Assembly (NCBI RefSeq): GCF_009914755.1
Contig: NC_060948.1
Reading direction: 5' to 3' (one strand)
DNA from: the human T2T-CHM13v2.0 reference genome, Homo sapiens
DNA: 64,000 nt
Positions 19,186 to 38,540 of this stretch are shown here, in pieces. The translations under genes and the position numbers were made by a program. The notes under the pieces are model-generated. The model saw nothing but the letters and a program-made list of their open reading frames with translations. It searched no databases and was not told the DNA's origin. Each line of letters starts with the position of its first letter. Positions within the stretch are counted from its first letter, which is position 1.

Positions 19186-21314
19186 AAGATCCATATTTTT
19201 TAAATGAAAAAAAATTTCAAAGGTACTCTGCTTGGTACAATAATCAAATGTATAAACTGAGGAATAAAACATAACCATGAAACCTACTTATAACTGCATA
19301 TGGAAAATACAGAGGATAATTTTTTAAATAACATATTTTGAAAGCCTTAACTAGTAATTTGAAGAGTTGGCATTTGAAAGGCCAGTATGAATATACCTTC
19401 AAAGCAGCAACACAGGTTCCCCATGAGAAAAAGCAAACACAGGGAAAATAAAAACACAAAGGTTCAATCTCTTCTGACCTTTGAAAGACACAGCACAGAC
19501 AGTGGTCCTTAGGACGAAGAGCAGGAGACCCCTAATTCCGTCACCATGGCGATAGGGCATAAACATTGCTGGGTGAGGGCACAATCCACATTGTGAGGTC
19601 CAACTGCTGCCAGGAAGACAGGAGTGCTTTTACATAGACCGAAAGGTCATTGAAGGCTCAGAGTTTTGTTTCAAGAACTGAATCCCAAGCCCACACGTTA
19701 TTAGGCTGCGCTTCTTAAAACAAGTTATGAGATGGGAAAAAGGGCACCCACAAACATACGTATACATTATGTATATAATAATATACAGTATCATATATAT
19801 AATATATATAACCTATGTATAATATTGTTTTACATCCAGCATCTTATGTTATATATATTGTATAAAATATAATAATTGATAATATATAAGTTTTATAATT
19901 ATACAATATGACATATAGTATATATTATAATTTATGACATATATAATATATGTTATATGTCATATATAGAATATATTATACGGTTAATATACGTATTAAA
20001 TATAAATTATACATTATATATATTATATATAATATATCTGTTATATATAATACCCATTATGCATAATATATATATTATGTCTATGTTATATATAGTATAA
20101 AACAACATATAATAATATATAATTGTATATATAAAATGCGACATATAATATATATTATATTTTATGACATATGAAATATATATTATATATTATATATAAT
20201 ACGTTGTATGTATAATACCTATATTAAATATATATTATATGACTATGTTATTAATTACATGTCACATGTGTTATATATTATATATTTTACATAGAATATA
20301 CCGGTTACATACAATATATACTATGTTACCTATAATGTATTATTTATTACATGTAAAATAAAGAATGCAATATATTATGTATAATTTATAATATACCATA
20401 TGTGGAATGTCATATATATAACATATAATATATGATATATGATATACAGTATATGATATATAACATACAATATATGATTCCTAATACATATGGTATACAA
20501 TATATATTTTATGATATGTATTCTATATGTTTTATATTCTGTTATATATAACTATTTGAAATTATATATAACTTTGTAATATTTTATGTAAATATGTAAT
20601 ATAATATATATAACTATATAATATATTATATATAACTATATATTATGTTATATATACTTTTATAACATAATTTACATAAAATATCATAATATAATATATA
20701 TTATATTATTTCATATTACATAATATATATTACATATCACCCAATATAACTAACATACATAATATTATAATATAGATTATATTGTGTTATATTAAATATC
20801 ATATATATCATGTATCATATATTCTATAATATATATTACACATTATATAATATGTATGTTGTCTATTATGTGATATATATAACTCTATATATAATTATAT
20901 TTTTATACATATAACTAGATAAACATGTAATTCTACATATTTTCATTTATAATATGTAGAATTATATAATCATATATAATTATTTATATTCTATAAAAAA
21001 TTTTATCATTATATAAATTATAATATATAAAAATTATAATATGTACTACAAATATATATATTATATATCATATATGATATAGTACCTTTGTTATATATCA
21101 TAATACATATAAATGTGTATTATGTTATCTATAATTATATAATTTCATATATAAGATGTATAATATGTATCATATATTATATATGTTATGTAATATATAT
21201 AGTATATATAAGATGACACAGGATAAATATTATATACTATGACATATAAAATATATGAGGTTATATGTTACATATAAGGCATAGCACATAACATGTAATA
21301 TATATCATATATCA

Positions 21315-21605
21315 TTTTTTTTTAGACAGAATCTTGTCCTGTTGCACAGGGCGGGGTACAATGGCGCCATCTTTGCTCACTGCAACTTCTGCCTCACGGG
21401 TCCAAGCGATTGTCCTCCCTCAGCCTCCCAGGTAGCTGGGACTACACCACACTGGGACTACACCAGCTGCCACCATGCCTAGCTAATTTTTTGGATTTTT
21501 AGTAGTGACAGCGTTTCACTGTATTGGCCAGGATGGTCTTGATCTCTTCACCTTGTGATCCCCTTGCCTTGGCCTCCAAATTTGCTGGGATTACAGGCCT
21601 GAGCC
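21315..21605 (-). mobile_element. Alu copy, U9
   Basis: Near-identical to 1980-2270 (B-type). Confidence 0.93.
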
Positions 21606-23734
21606 AAGATCCATATTTTTTAAATGAAAAAAAATTTCAAAGGTACTCTGCTTGGTACAATAATCAAATGTATAAACTGAGGAATAAAACATAACCATGA
21701 AACCTACTTATAACTGCATATGGAAAATACAGAGGATAATTTTTTAAATAACATATTTTGAAAGCCTTAACTAGTAATTTGAAGAGTTGGCATTTGAAAG
21801 GCCAGTATGAATATACCTTCAAAGCAGCAACACAGGTTCCCCATGAGAAAAAGCAAACACAGGGAAAATAAAAACACAAAGGTTCAATCTCTTCTGACCT
21901 TTGAAAGACACAGCACAGACAGTGGTCCTTAGGACGAAGAGCAGGAGACCCCTAATTCCGTCACCATGGCGATAGGGCATAAACATTGCTGGGTGAGGGC
22001 ACAATCCACATTGTGAGGTCCAACTGCTGCCAGGAAGACAGGAGTGCTTTTACATAGACCGAAAGGTCATTGAAGGCTCAGAGTTTTGTTTCAAGAACTG
22101 AATCCCAAGCCCACACGTTATTAGGCTGCGCTTCTTAAAACAAGTTATGAGATGGGAAAAAGGGCACCCACAAACATACGTATACATTATGTATATAATA
22201 ATATACAGTGTCATATATATAATATATATAACCTATGTATAATATTGTTTTACATCCTGCAGCTTATGTTATATATATTGTATAAAATATAATAATTGAT
22301 AATATATAAGTTTTATAATTATACAATATGACATATAGTATATATTATAATTTATGACATATATAATATATGTTATATATCATATATAGAATATATTATA
22401 CGATTAATATACGTATTAAATATAAATTATACATTATATATATTATATATAATATATCTGTTATATATAATACCCATTATGCATAATATATATATTATGT
22501 CTATGTTATATATAGTATAAAACAACATATAATAATATATAATTGTATATATAAAATGCGACATATAATATATATTATATTTTATAACATATGTAATATA
22601 TATTATATATTATATATAATACGTTGTATGTATAATACCTATATTAAATATATATTATATGACTATGTTATTAATTACATGTCACATGTGTTATATATTA
22701 TATATTTTACATAGAATATACCGGTTACATACAATATATACTATGTTACCTATAATGTATAATTTATTACATGTAAAATAAAAAATGCAATATATTATGT
22801 ATAATTTATAATATACAATATGTGGAATGTGATATATATAACATATAATATATGATATATGATATACAGTATATGATATATAACATACAATATATGATAC
22901 CTAGTATATATGGTATACAATATATATTTTATGATATGTATTCTATATGTTTTATATTCTGTTATATATAACTATTTGAAATTATATATAACTGTATAAT
23001 ATTTTATGTAAATATGTAATATAATATATATAACTATATAAAATATTATATATAACTATATATTATGTTATATATACTTTTATAACATAATTTACATAAA
23101 ATATCATAATATAATATATATTATATTATTTCATATTACATAATATATATTACATATCACCCAATATAACTAACATACATAATATTATAATATAGATTAT
23201 ATTGTGTTATATTAAATATCATATATATCATGTGTCATATATTCTATAATATATATTACACATTATATAATATGTATGTTGTCTATTATGTGACATATAT
23301 AACTCTATATATAATTATATTTTTATACATATAACTAGATAAACATGTAATTCTACATATTTTCATTTATAATATGTAGAACTATATAATCATATATAAT
23401 TATTTATATTCTATAAAAAATTTTATCATTATATAAATTATAATATATAAAAATTATAATATGTACTACAAATATATATATTATATATCATATATGATAT
23501 AGTACCTTTGTTATATATCATAATACATATAAATGTGTATTATGTTATCTATAATTATATAATTTCATATATAAGATGTATAATATGTATCATATATTAT
23601 ATATGTTATGTAATATATATAGTATATATAAGATGACACAGGATAAATATTATATACTATGACATATAAAATATATGAGGTTATATGTTACATATAAGGC
23701 ATAGCACATAACATGTAATATATATCATATATCA

Positions 23735-24025
23735 TTTTTTTTTAGACAGAATCTTGTCCTGTTGCACAGGGCGGGGTACAATGGCGCCATCTTTGCTCAC
23801 TGCAACTTCTGCCTCACGGGTCCAAGCGATTGTCCTCCCTCAGCCTCCCAGGTAGCTGGGACTACACCACACTGGGACTACACCAGCTGCCACCATGCCT
23901 AGCTAATTTTTTGGATTTTTAGTAGTGACAGCGTTTCACTGTATTGGCCAGGATGGTCTTGATCTCTTCACCTTGTGATCCCCTTGCCTTGGCCTCCAAA
24001 TTTGCTGGGATTACAGGCCTGAGCC
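23735..24025 (-). mobile_element. Alu copy, U10
   Basis: Near-identical to 1980-2270 (B-type). Confidence 0.93.
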
Positions 24026-26138
24026 AAGATCCATATTTTTTAAATGAAAAAAAATTTCAAAGGTACTCTGCTTGGTACAATAATCAAATGTATAAACTGA
24101 GGAATAAAACATAACCATGAAACCTACTTATAACTGCATATGGAAAATACAGAGGATAATTTTTTAAATAACATATTTTGAAAGCCTTAACTAGTAATTT
24201 GAAGAGTTGGCATTTGAAAGGCCAGTATGAATATACCTTCAAAGCAGCAACACAGGTTCCCCATGAGAAAAAGCAAACACAGGGAAAATAAAAACACAAA
24301 GGTTCAATCTCTTCTGACCTTTGAAAGACACAGCACAGACAGTGGTCCTTAGGACGAAGAGCAGGAGACCCCTAATTCCGTCACCATGGCGATAGGGCAT
24401 AAACATTGCTGGGTGAGGGCACAATCCACATTGTGAGGTCCAACTGCTGCCAGGAAGACAGGAGTGCTTTTACATAGACCGAAAGGTCATTGAAGGCTCA
24501 GAGTTTTGTTTCAAGAACTGAATCCCAAGCCCACACGTTATTAGGCTGCGCTTCTTAAAACAAGTTATGAGATGGGAAAAAGGGCACCCACAAACATACG
24601 TATACATTATGTATATAATAATATACAGTGTCATATATATAATATATATAACCTATGTATAATATTGTTTTACATCCTGCAGCTTATGTTATATATATTG
24701 TATAAAATATAATAATTGATAATATATAAGTTTTATAATTATACAATATGACATATAGTATATATTATAATTTATGACATATATAATATATGTTATATAT
24801 CATATATTGAATATATTATACGATTAATATACGTATTAAATATAAATTATACATTATATATATTATATATAATATATCTGTTATATATAATACCCATTAT
24901 GCATAATATATATATTATGTCTATGTTATATATAGTATAAAACAACATATAATAATATATAATTGTATATATAAAATGCGACATATAATATATATTATAT
25001 TTTATAACATATGTAATATATATTATATATTATATATAATACGTTGTATGTATAATACCTATATTAAATATATATTATATGACTATGTTATTAATTACAT
25101 GTCACATGTGTTATATATTATATATTTTACATAGAATATACCGGTTACATACAATATATACTATGTTACCTATAATGTATAATTTATTACATGTAAAATA
25201 AAAAATGCAATATATTATGTATAATTTATAATATACAATATGTGGAATGTGATATATATAACATATAATATATGATATATGATATACAGTATATGATATA
25301 TAACATACAATATATGATACCTAGTATATATGGTATACAATATATATTTTATGATATGTATTCTATATGTTTTATATTCTGTTATATATAACTATTTGAA
25401 ATTATATATAACTGTATAATATTTTATGTAAATATGTAATATAATATATATAACTATATAAAATATTATATATAACTATATATTATGTTATATATACTTT
25501 TATAACATAATTTACATAAAATATCATAATATAATATATATTATATTATTTCATATTACATAATATTTATTACATATCACCCAATATAACTAACATACAT
25601 AATATTATAATTTGGATTATATTCTGTTATATTAAATATCATATATATCATGTATCATATATTCTATAATATATATTACACATTATATAATATGTATGTT
25701 GTCTATTATGTGATATATATAACTATATATATAATTATATTTTTATACATATAACTAGATAAACATGTAATTCTTCATATTTTCATTTATAATATATAGA
25801 ATTATATAATCATATATAATTATTTATATTCTATAAAAAATTATATCATTATATAAATTATAATATAAAAAAATTATAATATGTACTACAAATATATATA
25901 TTATATATCATATATGATATAGTACCTTTGTTATATATCATAATACATATAAATGTGTATTATGTTATCTATAATTATATAATTTCATATATAAGATATA
26001 TAATATGTATTATATATTGTATATGTTATGTAATATATATAGTATATATAAGCTGACACAGGATAAATATTATATACTATGACATATAAAATATATGAGG
26101 TTATATGTTACATATAAGGCATAGCACATAACATGTAA

Positions 26139-26444
<306 letters not shown>

Positions 26445-28550
26445 AAGATCCATATTTTTTAAATGAAAAAAAATTTCAAAGGTACTCTGCTTGGTACAAT
26501 AATCAAATGTATAAACTGAGGAATAAAACATAACCATGAAACCTACTTATAACTGCATATGGAAAATACAGAGGATAATTTTTTAAATAACATATTTTGA
26601 AAGCCTTAACTAGTAATTTGAAGAGTTGGCATTTGTAAGGCCAGTATGAATATACCTTCAAAGCAGCAACACAGGTACCCCATGAGAAAAAGCAAACTCA
26701 GGGGAAATAAAACCACAAAGGTTCAATCTCTTCTGACCTTTGAAAGACACAGCACAGACAGTGGTCCTTAGGACGAAGAGCAGGAGACCCCTAATTCCGT
26801 CACCATGGCGATAGGGCATAAACATTGCTGGGTGAGGGCACAATCCACATTGTGAGGTCCAACTGCTGCCAGGAAGACAGGAGTGCTTTTACATAGACCG
26901 AAAGGTCATTGAAGGCTCAGAGTTTTGTTTCAAGAACTGAATCCCAAGCCCACAAGTTATTAGGCTGCGCTTCTTAAAACAAGTTATGAGATGGGAAAAA
27001 GGGCACCCACAAACATACGTATACATTATGTATATAATAATATACAGTATCATATATATAATATATATAACCTATGTATAATATTGTTTTACATCCTGCA
27101 TCATATGTTATATATATTGTATAAAATATAATAATTGATAATATATAAGTTTTATAATTATACAGTAAGACATATAGTATATATTATAATTTATGACATA
27201 TGTAATATATGTTATATGTCATATATAGAATATATTATACGGTTAATATACGTATTAAATATAAATTATACATTATATATATTATATATAATATATCTGT
27301 TATATATAATACCCATTATGCATAATATATATATTATGTCTATGTTATATATAGTATAAAACAACATATAATAATATATAATTGTATATATAAAATGCGA
27401 CATATAATATATATTATATTTTATAACATATGAAATATATATTATATATTATATATAATACGTTGTATGTATAATACCAATATTAAATATATATTATATG
27501 ACTATGTTATTAATTACATGTCACATGTGTTATATATTATATATTTTACATAGAATATACCGGTTACATACAATATATACTATGTTACCTATAATGTATA
27601 ATTTATTACATGTAAAATAAAGAATGGAATATATTATGTATAATTTATAATATACCATATGTGGAATGTGATATATATAACATATAATATATGATATATG
27701 ATATACAGTATATGATATATAACATACAATATATGATTCCTAATATATATGGTATACAATATATATTTTATGATATGTATTCTATATGTTTTATATTCTG
27801 TTATATATAACTATTTGAAATTATATATAACTGTATAATATTTTATGTAAATATGTAATATAATATATATAACTATATAATATATTATATATAACTATAT
27901 ATTATGTTATATATACTTTTATAACATAATTTACATAAAATATCATAATATAATATATATTATATTATTTCATATTACATAATATATATTACATATCACC
28001 CAATATACCTAACATACATAATATTATTATATAGATTATATTGTGTTATATTAAATATCATATATATCATGTATCATATATTCTATAATATATATTACAC
28101 ATTATATAATATGTATGTAGTCTATTATGTGATATATATAACTATATATATAATTATATTTTTATACATATAACTAGATAAACATGTAATTCTACATATT
28201 TTCATTTATAATATGTAGAATTATATAATCATATATAATTATTTATATTCTATAAAAAATTTTATCATTCTATAAATTATAATATATAAAAATTATAATA
28301 TGTACTACAAATATATATATTATATATCATATATGATATAGTACCTTTGTTATATATCATAATACATATAAATGTGTATTATGTTATCTATAATTATATA
28401 ATTTCATATATAAGATGTATAATATGTATCATATATTATATATGTTATGTAATATATATAGTATATATAAGATGACACAGGATAAATATTATATACTATG
28501 ACATATAAAATATATGAGGTTATATGTTACATATAAGGCATAGCACATAA

Positions 28551-28864
<314 letters not shown>

Positions 28865-30969
28865 AAGATCCATATTTTTTAAATGAAAAAAAATTTCAAA
28901 GGTACTCTGCTTGGTACAATAATCAAATGTATAAACTGAGGAATAAAACATAACCATGAAACCTACTTATAACTGCATATGGAAAATACAGAGGATAATT
29001 TTTTAAATAACATATTTTGAAAGCCTTAACTAGTAATTTGAAGAGTTGGCATTTGAAAGGCCAGTATGAATATACCTTCAAAGCAGCAACACAGGTTCCC
29101 CGTGAGAAAAAGCAAACTCAGGGAAAATAAAAACACAAAGGTTCAATCTCTTCTGACCTTTGAAAGACACAGCACAGACAGTGGTCCTTAGGACGAAGAG
29201 CAGGAGACCCCTAATTCCGTCACCATGGCGATAGGGCATAAACATTGCTGGGTGAGGGCACAATCCACATTGTGAGGTCCAACTGCTGCCAGGAAGACAG
29301 GAGTGCTTTTACATAGACCGAAAGGTCATTGAAGGCTCAGAGTTTTGTTTCAGGAACTGAATCCCAAGCCCACACGTTATTAGGCTGCGCTTCTTAAAAC
29401 AAGTTATGAGATGGGAAAAAGGGCACCCACAAACATACGTATACATTATGTATATAATAATATACAGTATCATATATATAATATATATAACCTATGTATA
29501 ATATTGTTTTACATCCTGCATCTTATGTTATATATATTGTATAAAGTATAATAATTGATAATATATAATTTTATAATTATACAGTAAGACATATAGTATA
29601 TATTATAATTTATGACATATGTAATATATGTTATATGTCATATATAGAATATATTATACGGTTAATATACGTATTAAATATAAATTATACATTATATATA
29701 TTATATATAATATATCTGTTATATATAATACCCATTATGCATAATATATATATTATGTCTATGTTATATATAGTATAAAACAACATATAATAATATATAA
29801 TTGTATATATAAAATGCGACATATAATATATATTATATTTTATAACATATGAAATATATATTATATATTATATATAATACGTTGTATGTATAATACCAAT
29901 ATTAAATATATATTATATGACTATGTTATTAATTACATGTCACATGTGTTATATATTATATATTTTACATAGAATATACCGGTTACATACAATATATACT
30001 ATGTTACCTATAATGTATAATTTATTACATGTAAAATAAAGAATGGAATATATTATGTATAATTTATAATATACCATATGTGGAATGTGATATATATAAC
30101 ATATAATATATGATATATGATATACAGTATATGATATATAACATACAATATATGATTCCTAATATATATGGTATACAATATATATTTTATGATATGTATT
30201 CTATATGTTTTATATTCTGTTATATATAACTATTTGAAATTATATATAACTGTATAATATTTTATGTAAATATGTAATATAATATATATAACTATATAAT
30301 ATATTATATATAACTATATATTATGTTATATATACTTTTATAACATAATTTACATAAAATATCATAATATAATATATATTATATTATTTCATATTACATA
30401 ATATATATTACATATCACCCAATATACCTAACATACATAATATTATTATATAGATTATATTGTGTTATATTAAATATCATATATATCATGTATCATATAT
30501 TCTATAATATATATTACACATTATATAATATGTATGTAGTCTATTATGTGATATATATAACTATATATATAATTATATTTTTATACATATAACTAGATAA
30601 ACATGTAATTCTACATATTTTCATTTATAATATGTAGAATTATATAATCATATATAATTATTTATATTCTATAAAAAATTTTATCATTCTATAAATTATA
30701 ATATATAAAAATTATAATATGTACTACAAATATATATATTATATATCATATATGATATAGTACCTTTGTTATATATCATAATACATATAAATGTGTATTA
30801 TGTTATCTATAATTATATAATTTCATATATAAGATGTATAATATGTATCATATATTATATATGTTATGTAATATATATAGTATATATAAGATGACACAGG
30901 ATAAATATTATATACTATGACATATAAAATATATGAGGTTATATGTTACATATAAGGCATAGCACATAA

Positions 30970-31283
<314 letters not shown>

Positions 31284-33388
31284 AAGATCCATATTTTTTA
31301 AATGAAAAAAAATTTCAAAGGTACTCTGCTTGGTACAATAATCAAATGTATAAACTGAGGAATAAAACATAACCATGAAACCTACTTATAACTGCATATG
31401 GAAAATACAGAGGATAATTTTTTAAATAACATATTTTGAAAGCCTTAACTAGTAATTTGAAGAGTTGGCATTTGAAAGGCCAGTATGAATATACCTTCAA
31501 AGCAGCAACACAGGTTCCCCGTGAGAAAAAGCAAACTCAGGGAAAATAAAAACACAAAGGTTCAATCTCTTCTGACCTTTGAAAGACACAGCACAGACAG
31601 TGGTCCTTAGGACGAAGAGCAGGAGACCCCTAATTCCGTCACCATGGCGATAGGGCATAAACATTGCTGGGTGAGGGCACAATCCACATTGTGAGGTCCA
31701 ACTGCTGCCAGGAAGACAGGAGTGCTTTTACATAGACCGAAAGGTCATTGAAGGCTCAGAGTTTTGTTTCAGGAACTGAATCCCAAGCCCACACGTTATT
31801 AGGCTGCGCTTCTTAAAACAAGTTATGAGATGGGAAAAAGGGCACCCACAAACATACGTATACATTATGTATATAATAATATACAGTATCATATATATAA
31901 TATATATAACCTATGTATAATATTGTTTTACATCCTGCATCTTATGTTATATATATTGTATAAAGTATAATAATTGATAATATATAATTTTATAATTATA
32001 CAATATGACATATAGTATATATTATAATTTATGACATATATAATATATGTTATATGTCATATATAGAATATATTATACGGTTAATATACGTATTAAATAT
32101 AAATTATACATTATATATATTATATATAATATATCTGTTATATATAATACCCATTATGCATAATATATATATTATGTCTATGTTATATATAGTATAAAAC
32201 AACATATAATAATATATAATTGTATATATAAAATGCGACATATAATATATATTATATTTTATAACATATGTAATATATATTATATATTATATATAATACG
32301 TTGTATGTATAATACCTATATTAAATATATATTATATGACTATGTTATTAATTACATGTCACATGTGTTATATATTATATATTTTACATAGAATACACCG
32401 GTTACATACAATATATACTATGTTACCTATAATGTATAATTTATTACATGTAAAATAAAGAATGGAATATATTATGTATAATTTATAATATACCATATGT
32501 GGAATGTGATATATATAACATATAATATATGATATATGATATACAGTATATGATATATAACATACAATATATGATTCCTAATATATATGGTATACAATAT
32601 ATATTTTATGATATGTATTCTCTATGTTTTATATTCTGTTATATATAACTATTTGAAATTATATATAACTGTATAATATTTTATGTAAATATGTAATATA
32701 ATATATATAACTATATAATATATTATATATAACTATATATTATGTTATATATACTTTTATAACATAATTTACATAAGATATCATAATATAATATATACTA
32801 TATTATTTCATATTACATAATATATATTACATATCACCCAATATAACTAACATACATAATATTATAATATAGATTATATTGTGTTATATTAAATATCATA
32901 TATATCATGTATCATATATTCTATAATATATATTACACATTATATAATATGTATGTTGTCTATTATGTGATATATATAACTCTATATATAATTATATTTT
33001 TATACATATAACTAGATAAACATGTAATTCTACATATTTTCATTTATAATATGTAGAATTATATAATCATATATAATTATTTATATTCTATAAAAAATTT
33101 TATCATTATATAAATTATAATATATAAAAATTATAATATGTACTACAAATAAATATATTATATATCATATATGATATAGTACCTTTGTTATATATCATAA
33201 TACATATAAATGTGTATTATGTTATCTATAATTATATAATTTCATATATAAGATGTATAATATGTATCATATATTATATATGTTATGTAATATATATAGT
33301 ATATATAAGATGACACAGGATAAATATTATATACTATGACATATAAAATATATGAGGTTATATGTTACATATAAGGCATAGCACATAA

Positions 33389-33702
<314 letters not shown>

Positions 33703-35807
33703 AAGATCCATATTTTTTAAATGAAAAAAAATTTCAAAGGTACTCTGCTTGGTACAATAATCAAATGTATAAACTGAGGAATAAAACATAACCATGAAAC
33801 CTACTTATAACTGCATATGGAAAATACAGAGGATAATTTTTTAAATAACATATTTTGAAAGCCTTAACTAGTAATTTGAAGAGTTGGCATTTGAAAGGCC
33901 AGTATGAATATACCTTCAAAGCAGCAACACAGGTTCCCCGTGAGAAAAAGCAAACTCAGGGAAAATAAAAACACAAAGGTTCAATCTCTTCTGACCTTTG
34001 AAAGACACAGCACAGACAGTGGTCCTTAGGACGAAGAGCAGGAGACCCCTAATTCCGTCACCATGGCGATAGGGCATAAACATTGCTGGGTGAGGGCACA
34101 ATCCACATTGTGAGGTCCAACTGCTGCCAGGAAGACAGGAGTGCTTTTACATAGACCGAAAGGTCATTGAAGGCTCAGAGTTTTGTTTCAGGAACTGAAT
34201 CCCAAGCCCACACGTTATTAGGCTGCGCTTCTTAAAACAAGTTATGAGATGGGAAAAAGGGCACCCACAAACATACGTATACATTATGTATATAATAATA
34301 TACAGTATCATATATATAATATATATAACCTATGTATAATATTGTTTTACATCCTGCATCTTATGTTATATATATTGTATAAAGTATAATAATTGATAAT
34401 ATATAATTTTATAATTATACAATATGACATATAGTATATATTATAATTTATGACATATATAATATATGTTATATGTCATATATAGAATATATTATACGGT
34501 TAATATACGTATTAAATATAAATTATACATTATATATATTATATATAATATATCTGTTATATATAATACCCATTATGCATAATATATATATTATGTCTAT
34601 GTTATATATAGTATAAAACAACATATAATAATATATAATTGTATATATAAAATGCGACATATAATATATATTATATTTTATAACATATGTAATATATATT
34701 ATATATTATATATAATACGTTGTATGTATAATACCTATATTAAATATATATTATATGACTATGTTATTAATTACATGTCACATGTGTTATATATTATATA
34801 TTTTACATAGAATACACCGGTTACATACAATATATACTATGTTACCTATAATGTATAATTTATTACATGTAAAATAAAGAATGGAATATATTATGTATAA
34901 TTTATAATATACCATATGTGGAATGTGATATATATAACATATAATATATGATATATGATATACAGTATATGATATATAACATACAATATATGATTCCTAA
35001 TATATATGGTATACAATATATATTTTATGATATGTATTCTATATGTTTTATATTCTGTTATATATAACTATTTGAAATTATATATAACTGTATAATATTT
35101 TATGTAAATATGTAATATAATATATATAACTATATAATATATTATATATAACTATATATTATGTTATATATACTTTTATAACATAATTTACATAAAATAT
35201 CATAATATAATATATACTATATTATTTCATATTACATAATATATATTACATATCACCCAATATAACTAACATACATAATATTATAATATAGATTATATTG
35301 TGTTATATTAAATATCATATATATCATGTATCATATATTCTATAATATATATTACACATTATATAATATGTATGTTGTCTATTATGTGATATATATAACT
35401 ATATATATAATTATATTTTTATACATATAACTAGATAAACATGTAATTCTACATATTTTCATTTATAATATGTAGAATTATATAATCATATATAATTATT
35501 TATATTCTATAAAAAATTTTATCATTATATAAATTATAATATATAAAAATTATAATATGTACTACAAATATATATATTATATATCATATATGATATAGTA
35601 CCTTTGTTATATATCATAATACATATAAATGTGTATTATGTTATCTATAATTATATAATTTCATATATAAGATGTATAATATGTATCATATATTGTATAT
35701 GTTATGTAATATATATAGTATATATAAGATGACACAGGATAAATATTATATACTATGACATATAAAATATATGAGGTTATATGTTACATATAAGGCATAG
35801 CACATAA

Positions 35808-36121
<314 letters not shown>

Positions 36122-38220
36122 AAGATCCATATTTTTTAAATGAAAAAAAATTTCAAAGGTACTCTGCTTGGTACAATAATCAAATGTATAAACTGAGGAA
36201 TAAAACATAACCATGAAACCTACTTATAACTGCATATGGAAAATACAGAGGATAATTTTTTAAATAACATATTTTGAAAGCCTTAACTAGTAATTTGAAG
36301 AGTTGGCATTTGAAAGGCCAGTATGAATATACCTTCAAAGCAGCAACACAGGTTCCCCTTGAGAAACAGCAAACTCAGGGAAAATAAAACCACAAAGGTT
36401 CAATCTCTTCTGACCTTTGAAAGACACAGCACAGACAGTGGTCCTTAGGACGAAGAGCAGGAGACCCCTAATTCCGTCACCATGGCGATAGGGCATAAAC
36501 ATTGCTGGGTGAGGGCACAATCCACATTGTGAGGTCCAACTGCTGCCAGGAAGACAGGAGTGCTTTTACATAGACCGAAAGGTCATTGAAGGCTCAGAGT
36601 TTTGTTTCAAGAACTGAATCCCAAGCCCACACGTTATTAGGCTGCGCTTCTTAAAACAAGTTATGAGATGGGAAAAAGGGCACCCACAAACATACGTATA
36701 CATTATGTATATAATAATATACAGTATCATATATAAAATATGTATAACCAATGTATAATATTGTTTTACATCCTGCATCTTATATTATATATATTGTATA
36801 AAATATAATAATTGATAATATATAAGTTTTATATTTATACAATATGACATATAGTACATATTATACTTTATGACATATATAATATATGTTATATATCATA
36901 TATAGAATATATTATACGGTTAATATACGTATTAAATATAAATTATACATTATATATATTATATAAAATATATCTGTTATATATAATACCCATTATGCAT
37001 AATATATATATTATGTCTATGTTATATATAGTATAAAACAACATATAATAATATATAATTGTATATATAAAATGCGACATATAATATATATTATATTTTA
37101 TGACATATGTAATATGTATTATATATTATATATAATACGTTGTATGTATAATACCTATATTAAATATATATTATATGACTATGTTATTAATTACATGTCA
37201 CATATATTATATATTATATATTTTACATAGAATATACCGGTTACATGCAATATATACTATGTTACCTATAATGTATAATTGATTACATGTAAAATAAAGA
37301 ATGCAATATATTATGTATAATTTATAATATACAATATGTGGAATGTGATATATATAACATATAATATATGATATATGATATACAGTATATGATATATAAC
37401 ATACAATATATGATTCCTAATATATATGGTATACAATATATATTTTATGATATGTATTCTATATGTTTTATATTCTGTTATATATAACTATTTGAAATTA
37501 TATATAACTGTACAATATTTTATGCAAATATGTAATATAATATATATAACTATATAATATATTATATGTAACAATATATTATGTTATATATACTTTTATA
37601 ACATAATTTACATTAAATATCATAATATAATATATATTATATTATTTCACATTACATAATATATATTACATATCACCCAATATAAGTAACATAGATAATA
37701 TTATAATATAGATTATATTATGTTATATTAAATATCATATATATCATGTATCTTATATTCTATAATATATATTACACATTATATAATATGTATGTTGTCT
37801 ATTATGTGATATATATAACTATATATATAATTATATTATTATACATATAACTAGATAAACATGTAATTCTACATATTTTCATTTATAATATATAGAATTA
37901 TATAATCATATATAATTATTTATATTCTATAAAAAATTATATCATTATATAAATTATAATATAAAAAAATTATAATATGTACTACAAATATATATATTAT
38001 ATATCATATATGATATAGTACCTTTGTTATATATCATAATACATATAAATGTGTATTATGTTATCTATAATTATATAATTTCATATATAAGATATATAAT
38101 ATGTATTATATATTGTATATGTTATGTAATATATATAGTATATATAAGCTGACACAGGATAAATATTATATACTATGACATATAAAATATATGAGGTTAT
38201 ATGTTACATATAAGGCATAG

Positions 38221-38540
<320 letters not shown>

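Noticed and set aside
26674-26679. Private KpnI site in U12, and lost HaeIII site at ~53252 in U23
   Set aside because: Single-nucleotide variants, useful only as mapping landmarks.
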